From the NCBI GenBank assembly GCA_016932045.1, contig JAFGDO010000001.1, positions 1,014 through 65,013 on the forward strand: DNA of 64,000 nt. The letters are read 5' to 3'. Under the pieces are notes generated by a model. The model ran no database searches. It was not told the origin of the DNA and saw nothing but the letters and a program-made list of their open reading frames with translations. The DNA comes from Candidatus Dojkabacteria bacterium. GTDB lineage: Bacteria > Patescibacteriota > Dojkabacteria > JAHIVN01. Shown piece after piece: positions 48,341 to 58,556 of this stretch. Both the position numbers and the translations under genes were made by a program. The number at the start of each line of letters is the position of its first letter. Position 1 is the first letter of the stretch.

Positions 48341-48862
48341 ATGATCTATATTGTTATCCTATCAATTACAACTCTTTTTTTTCTCTTTGCACTCATCTTA
48401 ACTCCCTACATCAAAAAGTTACTTGGTATAAAGATATGTGCACTTTGTGCTGCTTGTAGCTTATCCTGGATTACTCTTCTCATACTGCGTAGTTTCAAAA
48501 TTCTTGACGTTGATAATATTCTAGTTGGAGTTCTAATGGGAGGAAGTGTTGTAGGAATCGAAGAAACTGTTGAGGATTATTTTGAGAGTAATAGGATAAA
48601 AAAGTTTTGGTTTTTCAGACTTTTAATAGTTATTGTCGGCTATTACACTGCTTACTCAGTTGCGATCGAGAATTTTCCAATGATACTTATTGGAAGTATT
48701 GCAACATTAATAATCGTTATTTCAATATATATGTTTATCTTTAAAAACAAACAAAAAGTAAAAGAAGGAAAACAAAAGGCTGACGAAGAACAGGAAAACT
48801 TTTCAAATGAAGAGGAAGAGGCAATCAAAAAACTGGAAAAGAGCCTCGAGGACTGCTGTTAG
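48341..48862 (+). CDS. Hypothetical multi-TM membrane protein with acidic C-terminal tail.
   Basis: 4-5 hydrophobic helices. C-terminal KKQKVKEGKQKADEEQENFSNEEEEA. Confidence 0.4.
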   Translation: MIYIVILSITTLFFLFALILTPYIKKLLGIKICALCAACSLSWITLLILRSFKILDVDNILVGVLMGGSVVGIEETVEDYFESNRIKKFWFFRLLIVIVGYYTAYSVAIENFPMILIGSIATLIIVISIYMFIFKNKQKVKEGKQKADEEQENFSNEEEEAIKKLEKSLEDCC

Positions 48863-48996
48863 TCACGCAGCTATAAAAAATTGTGTAAATATAAATATCA
48901 GCTTACTTCTATTTAGTAAATATTTCTTCATTCTATTTCGACAACACATAAAATATCACGTATAATTTCTGTGCTAATATTTTAATAATACCCTTA

Positions 48997-49422
48997 ATGA
49001 AGAAGTTGATTCTTTACTTTCTAACTAGCATAAGTGCCATTTGGCTTGTCGATCTTTTAGTATCGGGCTTTACTTTTAACGGAGGAGCAATCACTGTATT
49101 CCTTGTTATCCTTTTTATAGTTGTTGGCATATATCTTGCAGAATGGGTAATAACTAAAGCAGGGAAAAAATCCAGCATGCTTCTCTTCTTTGTCATAGGA
49201 TTATTCATCACTTTCTTCTCACTTTATTTTGCTTCGCTATTCCTTCAGGACTTTAACGTTGGTGCAGGATCACTGCAGGGACTAAAGATTGGATTTTTAT
49301 CTACACCAGTTATCAAGGGAATGGATCAGATCCTTTCACTCTTAATCGGGTCACTAATTGTTATGCTTGTTGCTACGGTAACAAGGTGGGCGCAAAAAGG
49401 AAGTTCAGCCGGAAAGGAATAA
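48997..49422 (+). CDS. Hypothetical small membrane protein (4 TM).
   Basis: Hydropathy only. Confidence 0.35.
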   Translation: MKKLILYFLTSISAIWLVDLLVSGFTFNGGAITVFLVILFIVVGIYLAEWVITKAGKKSSMLLFFVIGLFITFFSLYFASLFLQDFNVGAGSLQGLKIGFLSTPVIKGMDQILSLLIGSLIVMLVATVTRWAQKGSSAGKE

Positions 49423-49474
49423 AACAAAAACTGAATTCTAATAGTTTTAAGCTCAAAGGCTGAGAGCCAAAAAA

Positions 49475-50605
49475 CTATTTCAACCTAACCTCAGGTCCAC
49501 TTTCAGGAGAAGACTCTTCTTTACTCGAAGCCTCTTTTAATGCTTCCTCATCAATATAGTATCTCCTCTTCGAAAATTTTAGAATGAAACCGCCCAAAGC
49601 AAGTATAAAACCCAAAACTACAAGAATCATAGCATATTGTCGGACCTCTCCTCGAAAACTAGCACTAGCAAGTTCAACCGGCCTCCTGAAAAGATCAATC
49701 AATTCCTCAACATATTCGCCAGATATTTTTCCCATCTGTTCTTGATACAAACCATCAATCTTCGCTTTCCCCCATAGACTCCCAAAGAGAAGAGATGACC
49801 CGGATAGCACCCATATAATGCCAATAAACATAAGTTTACTTGATAATTTCGGAACGAGAATAAACAGAATAAGCGAAAATACAAGTATGATTAGTGGGAT
49901 ATATATGTATAACTTTTTAATGATTGGATAGTTTGCCTTGATAAGTTGATTTAATTTATCAAAGCCATTTGAGTCTTTGTCCTCTTTTTTAAAAAACTCT
50001 TTCGAGCTGATGACATCCGTTTGAAAAAATTCCTGCTTCTCAAATTCCTCAGCCATTCTTTCATCAATCTCATCTAAGTTATAATCGGGTGGCAGACATT
50101 CAAGTTCTAGGGGATTTATATCCTGTCCCTCCATTGAAACGATTTCTTCCTGGCTACACTCCGGTAAAGCTTTGATTTGATCAAGAATGGAACTGGTCAC
50201 AATATCGATCATGATTCCACTTCTGTCGGAAAGATCAATTTCAAACTCAGGATATTCAGTCTCACCTTCGAGCCACACATAAACGGAGTCAATAATTTTT
50301 TCTGCATTCATTTTTAACCATTCAGGCGGGAAGACTTCATTAATGGATTCAACAAGTTCCGTCTCCTCATCAAGATTCACATGTTCAGACAATTCTTCTC
50401 CTGCCTCACTCTTTGCTATTTCAACCCAGACTGAAGCTAATTTGTCATAAACTCCACCGCGTGAAAGCCAGTCCTTTATGTTCTGAGAATCAGTTAATAC
50501 CTTGGTCACTGAGATTACAGTGATACCTACGGTAATCACTGAAAAAAGTATAGACGCTAGAATAACCGCAAGTATCCAACGAATACCAGAAAAACAGCTT
50601 TTCAT
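49475..50605 (-). CDS. Hypothetical membrane protein (N-terminal TM, acidic ectodomain, C-terminal TM bundle).
   Basis: Hydropathy only. No motif. Confidence 0.4.
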   Translation of the reverse strand: MKSCFSGIRWILAVILASILFSVITVGITVISVTKVLTDSQNIKDWLSRGGVYDKLASVWVEIAKSEAGEELSEHVNLDEETELVESINEVFPPEWLKMNAEKIIDSVYVWLEGETEYPEFEIDLSDRSGIMIDIVTSSILDQIKALPECSQEEIVSMEGQDINPLELECLPPDYNLDEIDERMAEEFEKQEFFQTDVISSKEFFKKEDKDSNGFDKLNQLIKANYPIIKKLYIYIPLIILVFSLILFILVPKLSSKLMFIGIIWVLSGSSLLFGSLWGKAKIDGLYQEQMGKISGEYVEELIDLFRRPVELASASFRGEVRQYAMILVVLGFILALGGFILKFSKRRYYIDEEALKEASSKEESSPESGPEVRLK

Positions 50606-50843
50606 AAATTCGAACTTAATATCTAATTACTAAATTGTACAAGAATAAGTAGTATTATTCAAAGGCCGAAGGTGAAGTGTAAAGGTTGATGGTTACTATA
50701 CAACTATGTAGCTATCTAACTATCCGACTATACCCGCCCAAGGCGGACAAGTAACTATATGACAATATAACAATTATCCGATTATCAAATGATACAATTA
50801 TTCAATTGAGAATCAACAATGAAGCAATGCAGCTGATTGAATT

Positions 50844-51515
50844 CTACGTCAATATCATCAACAACCCAAGTAGTATCATGACAACCCCCATGATAAATCT
50901 CATTCCTTTTTTATTCTTCTTTCTCCATGCATTTAAGGTTTCAGAGGAAAGACTGAAGTGAGCAATGAAAAGTATAATGATCAAAGGAAAAACAAATATC
51001 AGGTTATAAAAAAGTAGATAAAATACTCCTTGTATGAAACTAGCTTGCTCTGCAAGAAGTCCTATGATCGCAATATAAATTCCTCCTGTACAGGGTAGCT
51101 CAAAAAAAGAAACTATAATGCCTAATGCTATGGCAGAAGGAATTGATGCTTTTTGAATATATTTCTGAATAATGGGTTTTTTGGATTCGGGTATCGCAAG
51201 AGAAAATCCGTGACCTTCAAAGAAAACATCTTTTAAGTTTATAAGGCCAGCAATAATTACAGCAATAGCAGCAATATTATAAATTATTTTTGTAATTTCG
51301 AGCTTCTGTACAAAAGCAAGTAATCCAAGCCCGGCTAGGAAATAGGTTAGATACACAAAAAGAATATACACAATTCCGATTGATAAAAGCTTCCCTCCTC
51401 TTTTTTTTACAGAGATAAGAAAAGTGACAAGGAATATAAGAACTGCTATGGCACATGGATTTATGGAATCCCCAAGAGCACCTAGAATGATAAGAGGAAT
51501 AGTAAGCTCTGTCAT
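50844..51515 (-). CDS. ccdA: Cytochrome c-type biogenesis protein CcdA / DsbD-beta-like thiol-disulfide transporter.
   Basis: GALGDSINPCAIAVL and FFELPCTGGIYIA are the two conserved Cys-containing half-motifs. 6 TM. Confidence 0.75.
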   Translation of the reverse strand: MTELTIPLIILGALGDSINPCAIAVLIFLVTFLISVKKRGGKLLSIGIVYILFVYLTYFLAGLGLLAFVQKLEITKIIYNIAAIAVIIAGLINLKDVFFEGHGFSLAIPESKKPIIQKYIQKASIPSAIALGIIVSFFELPCTGGIYIAIIGLLAEQASFIQGVFYLLFYNLIFVFPLIIILFIAHFSLSSETLNAWRKKNKKGMRFIMGVVMILLGLLMILT

Positions 51516-52000
51516 TTGTCTTTCTTCCGAGCAAGTAATAAAAATAAAACTGAAACTCCCAGTCCTAAACCAAGGATCAGAAGAACTATTTTAACTGAAC
51601 GATTCTTTGCAGTATCATCGTTCTCAAATTCATAACCCTCAGTTGATACATTATACTTTTCACCCAGATAGCTAATTATTTGATCAGCAGAATTAATAAT
51701 CTGACCGCTATCATAAAGTAAAGGCACACCACGCTCGAGGATATCAATTCCTGCCTCATCGCAAACTTTGCTGTAATAATCCGCATTGGAAGGATCCTCA
51801 CGAATATCAAGAATTTCAATACCCTCTAATCCCTTATCGGATATGAAGCCCTTTACCTTCTCACAATACGGACATCCCTCCTCTACAAACAACACAACAC
51901 TTTCGTTCTCACCTTCTGCTAAAACTCCCATGGGCGCAAATAAAAGTGACAGAAGCACTGTAATAAATAATGAGATTTTGGTTATCAAACCTGTTTTCAT
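51512..52000 (-). CDS. Secreted thioredoxin/glutaredoxin-fold protein with C-terminal TM anchor.
   Basis: Signal peptide. VVLFVEEGCPYCEKV (CPYC active site). C-terminal TM IVLLILGLGLGVSVLFLLLA. Overlaps ccdA by 4 nt. Confidence 0.65.
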   Translation of the reverse strand: MKTGLITKISLFITVLLSLLFAPMGVLAEGENESVVLFVEEGCPYCEKVKGFISDKGLEGIEILDIREDPSNADYYSKVCDEAGIDILERGVPLLYDSGQIINSADQIISYLGEKYNVSTEGYEFENDDTAKNRSVKIVLLILGLGLGVSVLFLLLARKKDK

Positions 52001-52088
52001 ACGAAACGAATTTTACTACTTAAATTTTATTGGATCAAGTTCTCTTACCAGAAGTTTGTTATTAGATACTAGATATGAGATATGAGTT

Positions 52089-53426
52089 TTAGAAAAACAT
52101 CACATCCCCAAACTCTGTAATCTTAGTCGTTTCCCCCGTATGGATATTTACAAGCAACAAATCTTCTTTTACAGAATACCAATCACTAAAGTCTCCATAC
52201 TCAAATAAAGTAATGAAATAGTCATCATCTATCCAATAATTTCTGGAAGCGATCTTTTCATTAGCCCCAGGTGATGCTACAACCCTTTTCTCAAGAGTAT
52301 TTAAGTCTACTAGTATAAGCTCAAAGTGCGGTTGATGGGGAACGACCTCTCCTTTTTTTCTTTCGTATAAAACATATCTTCTACCTGGTGAAATCCATAT
52401 AAATGGTTGAAGTACAGCCCATTCACCTTCGTCAAGTTTTTTTTCGACCCCCCCTTTTTCCACAAATAGTTCAGTACCCTCGGCAATACTCCCAATATGT
52501 CTAAAGGTAATATTCTTCTCTTCAAGAAAGTGATAAACATATACTTCTTCATCTGAAGTGGCAATTAATTGAGCATCACCAGTGTTGACATTTATCTTGT
52601 AAATGCCCTCTCCAAGTCCATATTCATGATAATTGTAAGCTGCCGCATGCGTATATATGTTCTGACCATCTTTATCCCAGTTCGCAACCATCAAAAAATC
52701 TCCCAGATAAACTTTTTTATCAGTTACCATGTTATAAGCATAGAACCCGACTTTCCTTTCAGGATATGGATCCATTTCCATACATATATCTACACAATCC
52801 TCCTTTTGGAAAAAAATGACTTCATATATTATGACATCTTCCTTCGGGGATATAGAGATAGTATTATTCCCCTGTATACCAGCTCTTGCTTCTAATGTAT
52901 CAGTTTCCACGATCTCCTTTATTCTGCCAGTTTCTAAGTTATAAGCAAGCAATATATGCTCCTCATAATTCTTATAGAAAATCCACTTTTCATTCGGACC
53001 ATTAAACACTTCAGAAACGCTTGTTATTCCCAGAGATCTTTGATTTGTTCCGTCCCAATCTGAGATCCACAATTCATCATCTTCGCTCCCCTCCCCCTTT
53101 CTGCGCACAAAAGCTATCTTTTTTACCGCGGGTAATAATGGCTCCTCGGCATCATCTTTTTCTTGCTCTTCACTAGATTCTTCTTTGACCTCTGATGTTT
53201 CCTCCTGTTCCTCTTCAGTTACCTCTTCCTCGATCTGACTCTTGTAGATAAAATAAATGCCAATGCACAAACCTAGAAGGAATAACAAACCAACAAAAAC
53301 TCCTAAAACGATTATTACTAATTTCTTTTTATCTCTTTTCTTACCTGGTAAGTCAACATTCTGTTTCTCCATAACTTGATTTTTAACCTCAACTTCATCT
53401 TTATGATTAGGTAAATCTTCTTGCAT
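52089..53426 (-). CDS. Membrane-anchored protein with a putative beta-propeller (TolB-like) ectodomain.
   Basis: N-terminal TM, acidic linker (EEEVTEEEQEETSEVKEESSEEQEKDDAEE), then repeated W/Y-containing beta-strand patterns (LWISDWDGTNQRSLG...). Fold assignment tentative. Confidence 0.35.
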   Translation of the reverse strand: MQEDLPNHKDEVEVKNQVMEKQNVDLPGKKRDKKKLVIIVLGVFVGLLFLLGLCIGIYFIYKSQIEEEVTEEEQEETSEVKEESSEEQEKDDAEEPLLPAVKKIAFVRRKGEGSEDDELWISDWDGTNQRSLGITSVSEVFNGPNEKWIFYKNYEEHILLAYNLETGRIKEIVETDTLEARAGIQGNNTISISPKEDVIIYEVIFFQKEDCVDICMEMDPYPERKVGFYAYNMVTDKKVYLGDFLMVANWDKDGQNIYTHAAAYNYHEYGLGEGIYKINVNTGDAQLIATSDEEVYVYHFLEEKNITFRHIGSIAEGTELFVEKGGVEKKLDEGEWAVLQPFIWISPGRRYVLYERKKGEVVPHQPHFELILVDLNTLEKRVVASPGANEKIASRNYWIDDDYFITLFEYGDFSDWYSVKEDLLLVNIHTGETTKITEFGDVMFF

Positions 53427-53551
53427 TATAAAATCTTAATATATTAACACTTTAACAATATAGCACACAGTAATAATCGAAGTGAAATTATAACTGCATT
53501 TAACACTAAATATAACAAATCAGACGAAGTGCTACTTTATATTTCATATAC

Positions 53552-55414
53552 TTGGAACATTTTTTTTTTGCAGTTATAATGACCTATATGAAGCAATCTG
53601 CGAATAGCATAAAACCGCATGGGTACTGGAGTTTTAGAATCCCCTCTTGGAACCTTATTCTAATAGGTATTCTTGCAATTACAATAACCTCATTTTTACT
53701 TATATTTGAATACATAGTTAATAAAGGCAGCCTTGGAGCGCCTCTTGATGATGTCTATATTCACTTTCAATTCTCAAAGAATCTTGCAGAAGGAAAAGGT
53801 TTTGCCTTTAATGCGAATGAGCCTACCCCAGGCTCAACCTCACCAGCCTGGACGCTGCTGATAACACTTCCCTATTTACTAATTAAGAATCACTTACTGA
53901 TTGCAAAAACCTTCAGTGTCATATTCTACATTCTTACTGGAACTGTTACATACTTTCTAGGAAAAGAGATTCTAAAATCAAGAAAGTGGGCTTTTATGGC
54001 TTCTATATTCACGCTTCTTACAGGTCGCTTTGCCTGGTCAGCACTTTCAGGAATGGAGGTTAGCCTATTTACTTTCCTTTTAAGTTTGGCTTTGTTTTTA
54101 CATTTAAAGAACAAGAGCCGATTCCTTATAGCAGGAGTGCTTGGGATAGCATCAACCGTAAGACCCGAAGGATATCTGATAACAATCTTTTACTTCCTGA
54201 TTCTACTAATAAAATCCATTAGTTCCTTTCAATCATCTAGATCAAGTCAATCGAAATTACTAAGTCGATTTATAGTTACAGGCATAAAAGACCTGCTAGT
54301 ACCAGGAATAATATATATGGCAATAATCGCTCCCTACCTAATCTTCAGCTTCAAAACAACAGGCTCATTTTTACCAAACACATTTACAGCACAAAGTATA
54401 GCCTCAACTACCCTATTCTTTAAGGTGAAAATGGCTATCTTATATATACTTAGATATTTCTACCTGGTCTTTATTGATAATCCTTTTATAGCTCTAGCAT
54501 TACCTTTTGGACTTTATTACATTGTTAAAAGTGCGATTAGAGGAAGGGGGGAATATAGATTCTTGGCTCTGGTAGCTATCGGATTTCCAATAATCGCAAG
54601 TCTTGCGGCACCAAATCTTCGTCATCATGGCAGGTACACCATCCCATTCATACCAATTTATACGATCATTGCGCTTGAGGGATTTAAGCAATACTATAGC
54701 AATCCATTATCAGACTTTTCCGTACGAAGATTTGCTTGTAGAACAAGGATGTTCCTTATGGCTATTGCTTCACTTATAATTGTCCTAGTCTTTGATAAAG
54801 TATTGACAGTTTTAAATGTGGATTCAAAGATAACATTCTTTCTAATAATTACTACATATATTCTGTTTAATATCGGAGTCGGTGCAATTGCAAATAAGTT
54901 CCTGCCGAATAAGTTAATAAAAAATAATCCCCAACTCTTCATATATATTTTTGCGATCATTTTACAGTTAATCCTACTTTTCAATTGGGCATCAACTTAC
55001 GCCTGGAATGTCAAAAATATCAACGATATGCATGTAACTTTAGGAAAGTGGATTAATGAGAATACACCCATGGATAGCGTAATTGCTCTAAATGATATAG
55101 GAGCAATTACATATTATTCACAAAGGGAAATAATTGATCTGGTAGGTTTGGTTTCTCCAGATGTTTTGGAAGTTACTGACGGCTTATCAAAGGAGGAGCG
55201 TGAAGCTCCATTGTGGCAATACTTAAAGGAAAAGCAGCCCGACTACATAATAATACTTCCCTGCTGGTATCCTGAAATATCAAAAAAGGAGGAATTGAAA
55301 GAAATGAAAAGAATCCGACTCGACAAATATTTAATCATAGATTGCGAGATGGTGGTTTATGAATGGAATGAATCGGAACAATCCTTTAATGAAATCAAAC
55401 TGATGTTTGAATAA
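53552..55414 (+). CDS. Large polytopic membrane protein, possibly a GT-C-fold glycosyltransferase (ArnT/PMT-like).
   Basis: About 12 TM helices in the N-terminal two-thirds with an acidic first-loop segment (PLDDVYIHFQFSKNLAEGKG), plus a C-terminal soluble domain. This architecture is typical of GT-C enzymes. No definitive motif. Confidence 0.4.
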   Translation: MEHFFFAVIMTYMKQSANSIKPHGYWSFRIPSWNLILIGILAITITSFLLIFEYIVNKGSLGAPLDDVYIHFQFSKNLAEGKGFAFNANEPTPGSTSPAWTLLITLPYLLIKNHLLIAKTFSVIFYILTGTVTYFLGKEILKSRKWAFMASIFTLLTGRFAWSALSGMEVSLFTFLLSLALFLHLKNKSRFLIAGVLGIASTVRPEGYLITIFYFLILLIKSISSFQSSRSSQSKLLSRFIVTGIKDLLVPGIIYMAIIAPYLIFSFKTTGSFLPNTFTAQSIASTTLFFKVKMAILYILRYFYLVFIDNPFIALALPFGLYYIVKSAIRGRGEYRFLALVAIGFPIIASLAAPNLRHHGRYTIPFIPIYTIIALEGFKQYYSNPLSDFSVRRFACRTRMFLMAIASLIIVLVFDKVLTVLNVDSKITFFLIITTYILFNIGVGAIANKFLPNKLIKNNPQLFIYIFAIILQLILLFNWASTYAWNVKNINDMHVTLGKWINENTPMDSVIALNDIGAITYYSQREIIDLVGLVSPDVLEVTDGLSKEEREAPLWQYLKEKQPDYIIILPCWYPEISKKEELKEMKRIRLDKYLIIDCEMVVYEWNESEQSFNEIKLMFE

Positions 55415-55417
55415 TCT

Positions 55418-57178
55418 TTAGTCAAATACAAAGTGATACCTCGGAAGCATCACCTCAAACATATTTAAAATTACTCTCTGTGTAAACTCATCTATCGAAA
55501 GTCCATGCATTAAGCCACTGTGAAATCGCGCTAGATGTTGTTTAAACATTATAGAAAATCTCGCAATTCTTTCCATCTCTCCTTCTGTCAACACACGCAC
55601 ACCAATTTGCCTTAACCAAGCCATTTCCGTTTCCATTTCATCACCAGCAATGCCTCTATTGAATTCTAGCGCAGCCCTACATTCTCGAACAAATCTTCCT
55701 CTTGCAATTAAACGTACAACATGAGTCTGGACTCTTTGGTAAATTATACCTACTCTATCAAAAGTACTAGTTTTCTTTTCTACACCGCTAATAATACTTG
55801 CTTGTCCCAATAAAGCTTCAAGTCTTAAAACTTCTGCCAAAACATAGCTTTCCATATAAGGTCCAACAATATTCCAATATAAATACCTAGCCTCTTGTTC
55901 ATCATTTTTGACTAATGGAATAGGCCTCCTTGCACCAAGCAATTCATGAACAGCAATACTATCTAAAGACCCGTGAATAAATACTCTTAATGGGAACAAA
56001 CGCGTAACTAAATTATACTCAATTAAGCAGTTATACAGAAAAGAAGTATACCAATTCCCAGGTAATGATACCTGTGACTCTTTCATTCTTCCTAATATAT
56101 TTTCGTATGCAGTTGGATCGATAAATCGGGCAATAGCTGCATTTAATGTATCTAGAGAGAACCCTTCTCTCTTCATAAATTCAAGCATACATCCGTCAGG
56201 ATCACCCTTTGGACCAAAAAGTCTGTGGCTTGCACACTGCCATGAATATGGAAATAAAGCATGTAAAGAACCAGTGTGAGCAAGGAGCATAAAAAACATC
56301 TCCCCCATCCCATGCCGATTCGCATCAGCAAACCCTTGGCGTAATACTCGTTCTGCTGAATCTGAGATTATCCTGACTTCTTCTAATGTATGTTCCGTAT
56401 TTCTAAAACTTAACCACCATGCTCTTATCGCATTTAAACCTACTAATGTTGCTGCAAGAAAGGGTGTTCGGGCTACTTCACGCTGATACCTGAGCATGCT
56501 TGATGCAAACCTGGTTCTAGCTTCATTTAATCCAGGTGCAAATGGCAAGGCAATTGCAGTCCAATTCTCACCAATCGCATCCAGTGCTCCTTCATAGGCA
56601 GATACACTTCTATAACCATCTGGTAATATTTCAATAGCTACAATAGCCGTAGCCATCCTTTGCAAAGCAAAAACAGCAGAAAAAACGTCTGTTGAAGACT
56701 TAGGACGGTACGGTACATCAATATCAGCAAGATAATCTCCGGTAGTCTTATCATATATCTTAAGGTAAATAATGTCTGTTCTTCTGACAACCTCTACCCT
56801 ATACTCTTCTCGAAGAATATCTAAATATCTCTGATCTAGTAGATCTTGCTCGATCAATCCAACAATCAGAAGATCTAGATCACAAACTTCTTCGTCAAGT
56901 TGTCCTAGCTCAACAAGAGCTGCCCTACCTGTTAAGAAGACTCCTCTAACAGAGTCGCCAAAACACCTTACGGTTCGTTCCCTAATGTCCTGCATCGGTC
57001 TGTGAAATTCGTCTAGTCTTTCTAGAGATTCAATTTTATCCCCTGTTTCCAGCGGCAAATCAGTCCCGATTGCTGCTGGATCCATATCTGCGCCTCTAAG
57101 TCGCATTAAAGCAACCTGAGTGCCCCCTGAGGGATCAAGGGGATTTGCTCTATTTGTAAGTGATTCTTCTTGACTCAT
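55418..57178 (-). CDS. Compositionally foreign 586-aa protein with an N-terminal polymerase-beta-like nucleotidyltransferase-type motif and a large helical C-terminal domain.
   Basis: GRAALVELGQLDEEVCDLDLLIV...YLADIDVPY resembles the G[SG]...DxD...D pattern of NTase folds. Arg/Ala/Leu-rich, unlike the Lys/Ile/Asn-rich neighbours. Overlaps the upstream gene by 4 nt. Confidence 0.35.
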   Translation of the reverse strand: MSQEESLTNRANPLDPSGGTQVALMRLRGADMDPAAIGTDLPLETGDKIESLERLDEFHRPMQDIRERTVRCFGDSVRGVFLTGRAALVELGQLDEEVCDLDLLIVGLIEQDLLDQRYLDILREEYRVEVVRRTDIIYLKIYDKTTGDYLADIDVPYRPKSSTDVFSAVFALQRMATAIVAIEILPDGYRSVSAYEGALDAIGENWTAIALPFAPGLNEARTRFASSMLRYQREVARTPFLAATLVGLNAIRAWWLSFRNTEHTLEEVRIISDSAERVLRQGFADANRHGMGEMFFMLLAHTGSLHALFPYSWQCASHRLFGPKGDPDGCMLEFMKREGFSLDTLNAAIARFIDPTAYENILGRMKESQVSLPGNWYTSFLYNCLIEYNLVTRLFPLRVFIHGSLDSIAVHELLGARRPIPLVKNDEQEARYLYWNIVGPYMESYVLAEVLRLEALLGQASIISGVEKKTSTFDRVGIIYQRVQTHVVRLIARGRFVRECRAALEFNRGIAGDEMETEMAWLRQIGVRVLTEGEMERIARFSIMFKQHLARFHSGLMHGLSIDEFTQRVILNMFEVMLPRYHFVFD

Positions 57179-58431
57179 GATAGTAAAACATAACCTTGGT
57201 TTCTAACTGTAATAATTGAAACAACAGCGCCGTGTTTCTTCAGTTTTTTGCGAATTCTCGAAATAGTCTTGTCAATTGCCCAATTAGAATATTTTTCATC
57301 TTCTGCATCTTTCCACAAAATCCTTGCGATCTCATCTCTTGTAACCACTTCCCCCTTTCTAGTCTGCAACTTTTTGTAAACAAGTAGTTCTTTTCCCTTA
57401 AGTACCTCAAGGGCTGAAACCTTACCAATGCTTTGCACTTCCTTAAACCGTCTTTCCAGAATAAAAGAGCTTATCCATTCGGATGTGATCTCGCCTGATC
57501 TCGATATAAGTCCAAGGTTAGCTAGTGTAGAGTTTTGCTTTTGTTTAGTAAGAATTTGTTTTGAGGCCTTTGTAGCTTCAATTCTTTGATCAAAATCCAA
57601 AGAATTCCACAGGTTAACTATTTCTCTAGTAATGAGTTTATTTTCAAAAATCTTCTCAAGCATGCTAGTTGAGAATTCCACATCAGCCAAATTTAGAAGT
57701 TTAATTGTATTCAGTACCAAAGGGTAATAACCTCCAGTAAGCTCAAAAATTCTTTTCTTTGTATCTTTTTCTAGTTTAACCTTAAAGTATGAGCAGAATC
57801 TTTCAATTGTATAATTTGTTTCAGTTCGATCAAGTATTGAAAAGTAGATTACGTTCTCATTCATCGCTGTGCGTAAGGGATCAAAGAAGGCTGGAAAAGT
57901 TTCCTCTTGAGGACTTTTTGAATGAAGTAGAAAAACAAGTGATAAGGGATTATTTGGTGGCTGCCTCCTTATCTCCCAGAGGGCTTTAAGAGCTTCTCCC
58001 GCTTCTCTTGGTAAATCCCAGAAAATTTCAGGCCTTGAAATAAAAATTGTTAAGTGCTCATCTCTTGAGGCAAGATTAAGTAAGTATCTTTGTATATTTG
58101 TAAGCAGGACAATCGGATCTTCAGTTTGTACGTGAGTATAAGACTGATCTTGTATCTCAAGTTTTAGGCTTAGCTGAAACAGCCAATGATAGGGGTTATC
58201 AGTAATAACCGGAATTGGTTCAAAGTAAAGAATTTTGTAAACACTCTCATACTCAGGTAAGAACGAACGAACTATCTTCTTTTCCTGCAATAAAAATTGT
58301 AAATATCCACTCTTTGCACTTTCAGGAAGACCGATAAAACTTCCAGATTGTTTCTTTCTGACAACTTCAAATAAAGGAGAATATCTTTTTTTGAGTTTTT
58401 CCGGGGGCAGCGGATAGTAAAAGTCCGCCAT
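57175..58431 (-). CDS. Protein with a C-terminal OmpR/PhoB-type winged-helix DNA-binding domain and an N-terminal ~330-aa domain of unknown function (degenerate P-loop-like).
   Basis: C-terminus GEVVTRDEIARILWKDAEDEKYSNWAIDKTISRIRKKLKKHGAVVSIITVRNQGYVLL matches trans_reg_C (wHTH). N-terminal GLPESAKSG is Walker-A-like but imperfect. Confidence 0.5.
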   Translation of the reverse strand: MADFYYPLPPEKLKKRYSPLFEVVRKKQSGSFIGLPESAKSGYLQFLLQEKKIVRSFLPEYESVYKILYFEPIPVITDNPYHWLFQLSLKLEIQDQSYTHVQTEDPIVLLTNIQRYLLNLASRDEHLTIFISRPEIFWDLPREAGEALKALWEIRRQPPNNPLSLVFLLHSKSPQEETFPAFFDPLRTAMNENVIYFSILDRTETNYTIERFCSYFKVKLEKDTKKRIFELTGGYYPLVLNTIKLLNLADVEFSTSMLEKIFENKLITREIVNLWNSLDFDQRIEATKASKQILTKQKQNSTLANLGLISRSGEITSEWISSFILERRFKEVQSIGKVSALEVLKGKELLVYKKLQTRKGEVVTRDEIARILWKDAEDEKYSNWAIDKTISRIRKKLKKHGAVVSIITVRNQGYVLLS

Positions 58432-58556
58432 AGATGAATTTTATCATAACGCAAGTGCTCTTGTCACCCAAGGTCAGATTACGTCAGGTATAAGATCAAG
58501 CAACGAGAAATTTAGGAAGTTAAAATTCTAAGACATAATGTATGGAATAGTAATAT

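Noticed and set aside
53926-54984. Minus-strand 62-96-aa ORFs inside the 53552-55414 membrane-protein gene.
   Set aside because: Antisense to a long ORF with consistent multi-TM hydropathy. Lys/Arg/Ile-rich products are typical of AT-rich shadow frames.
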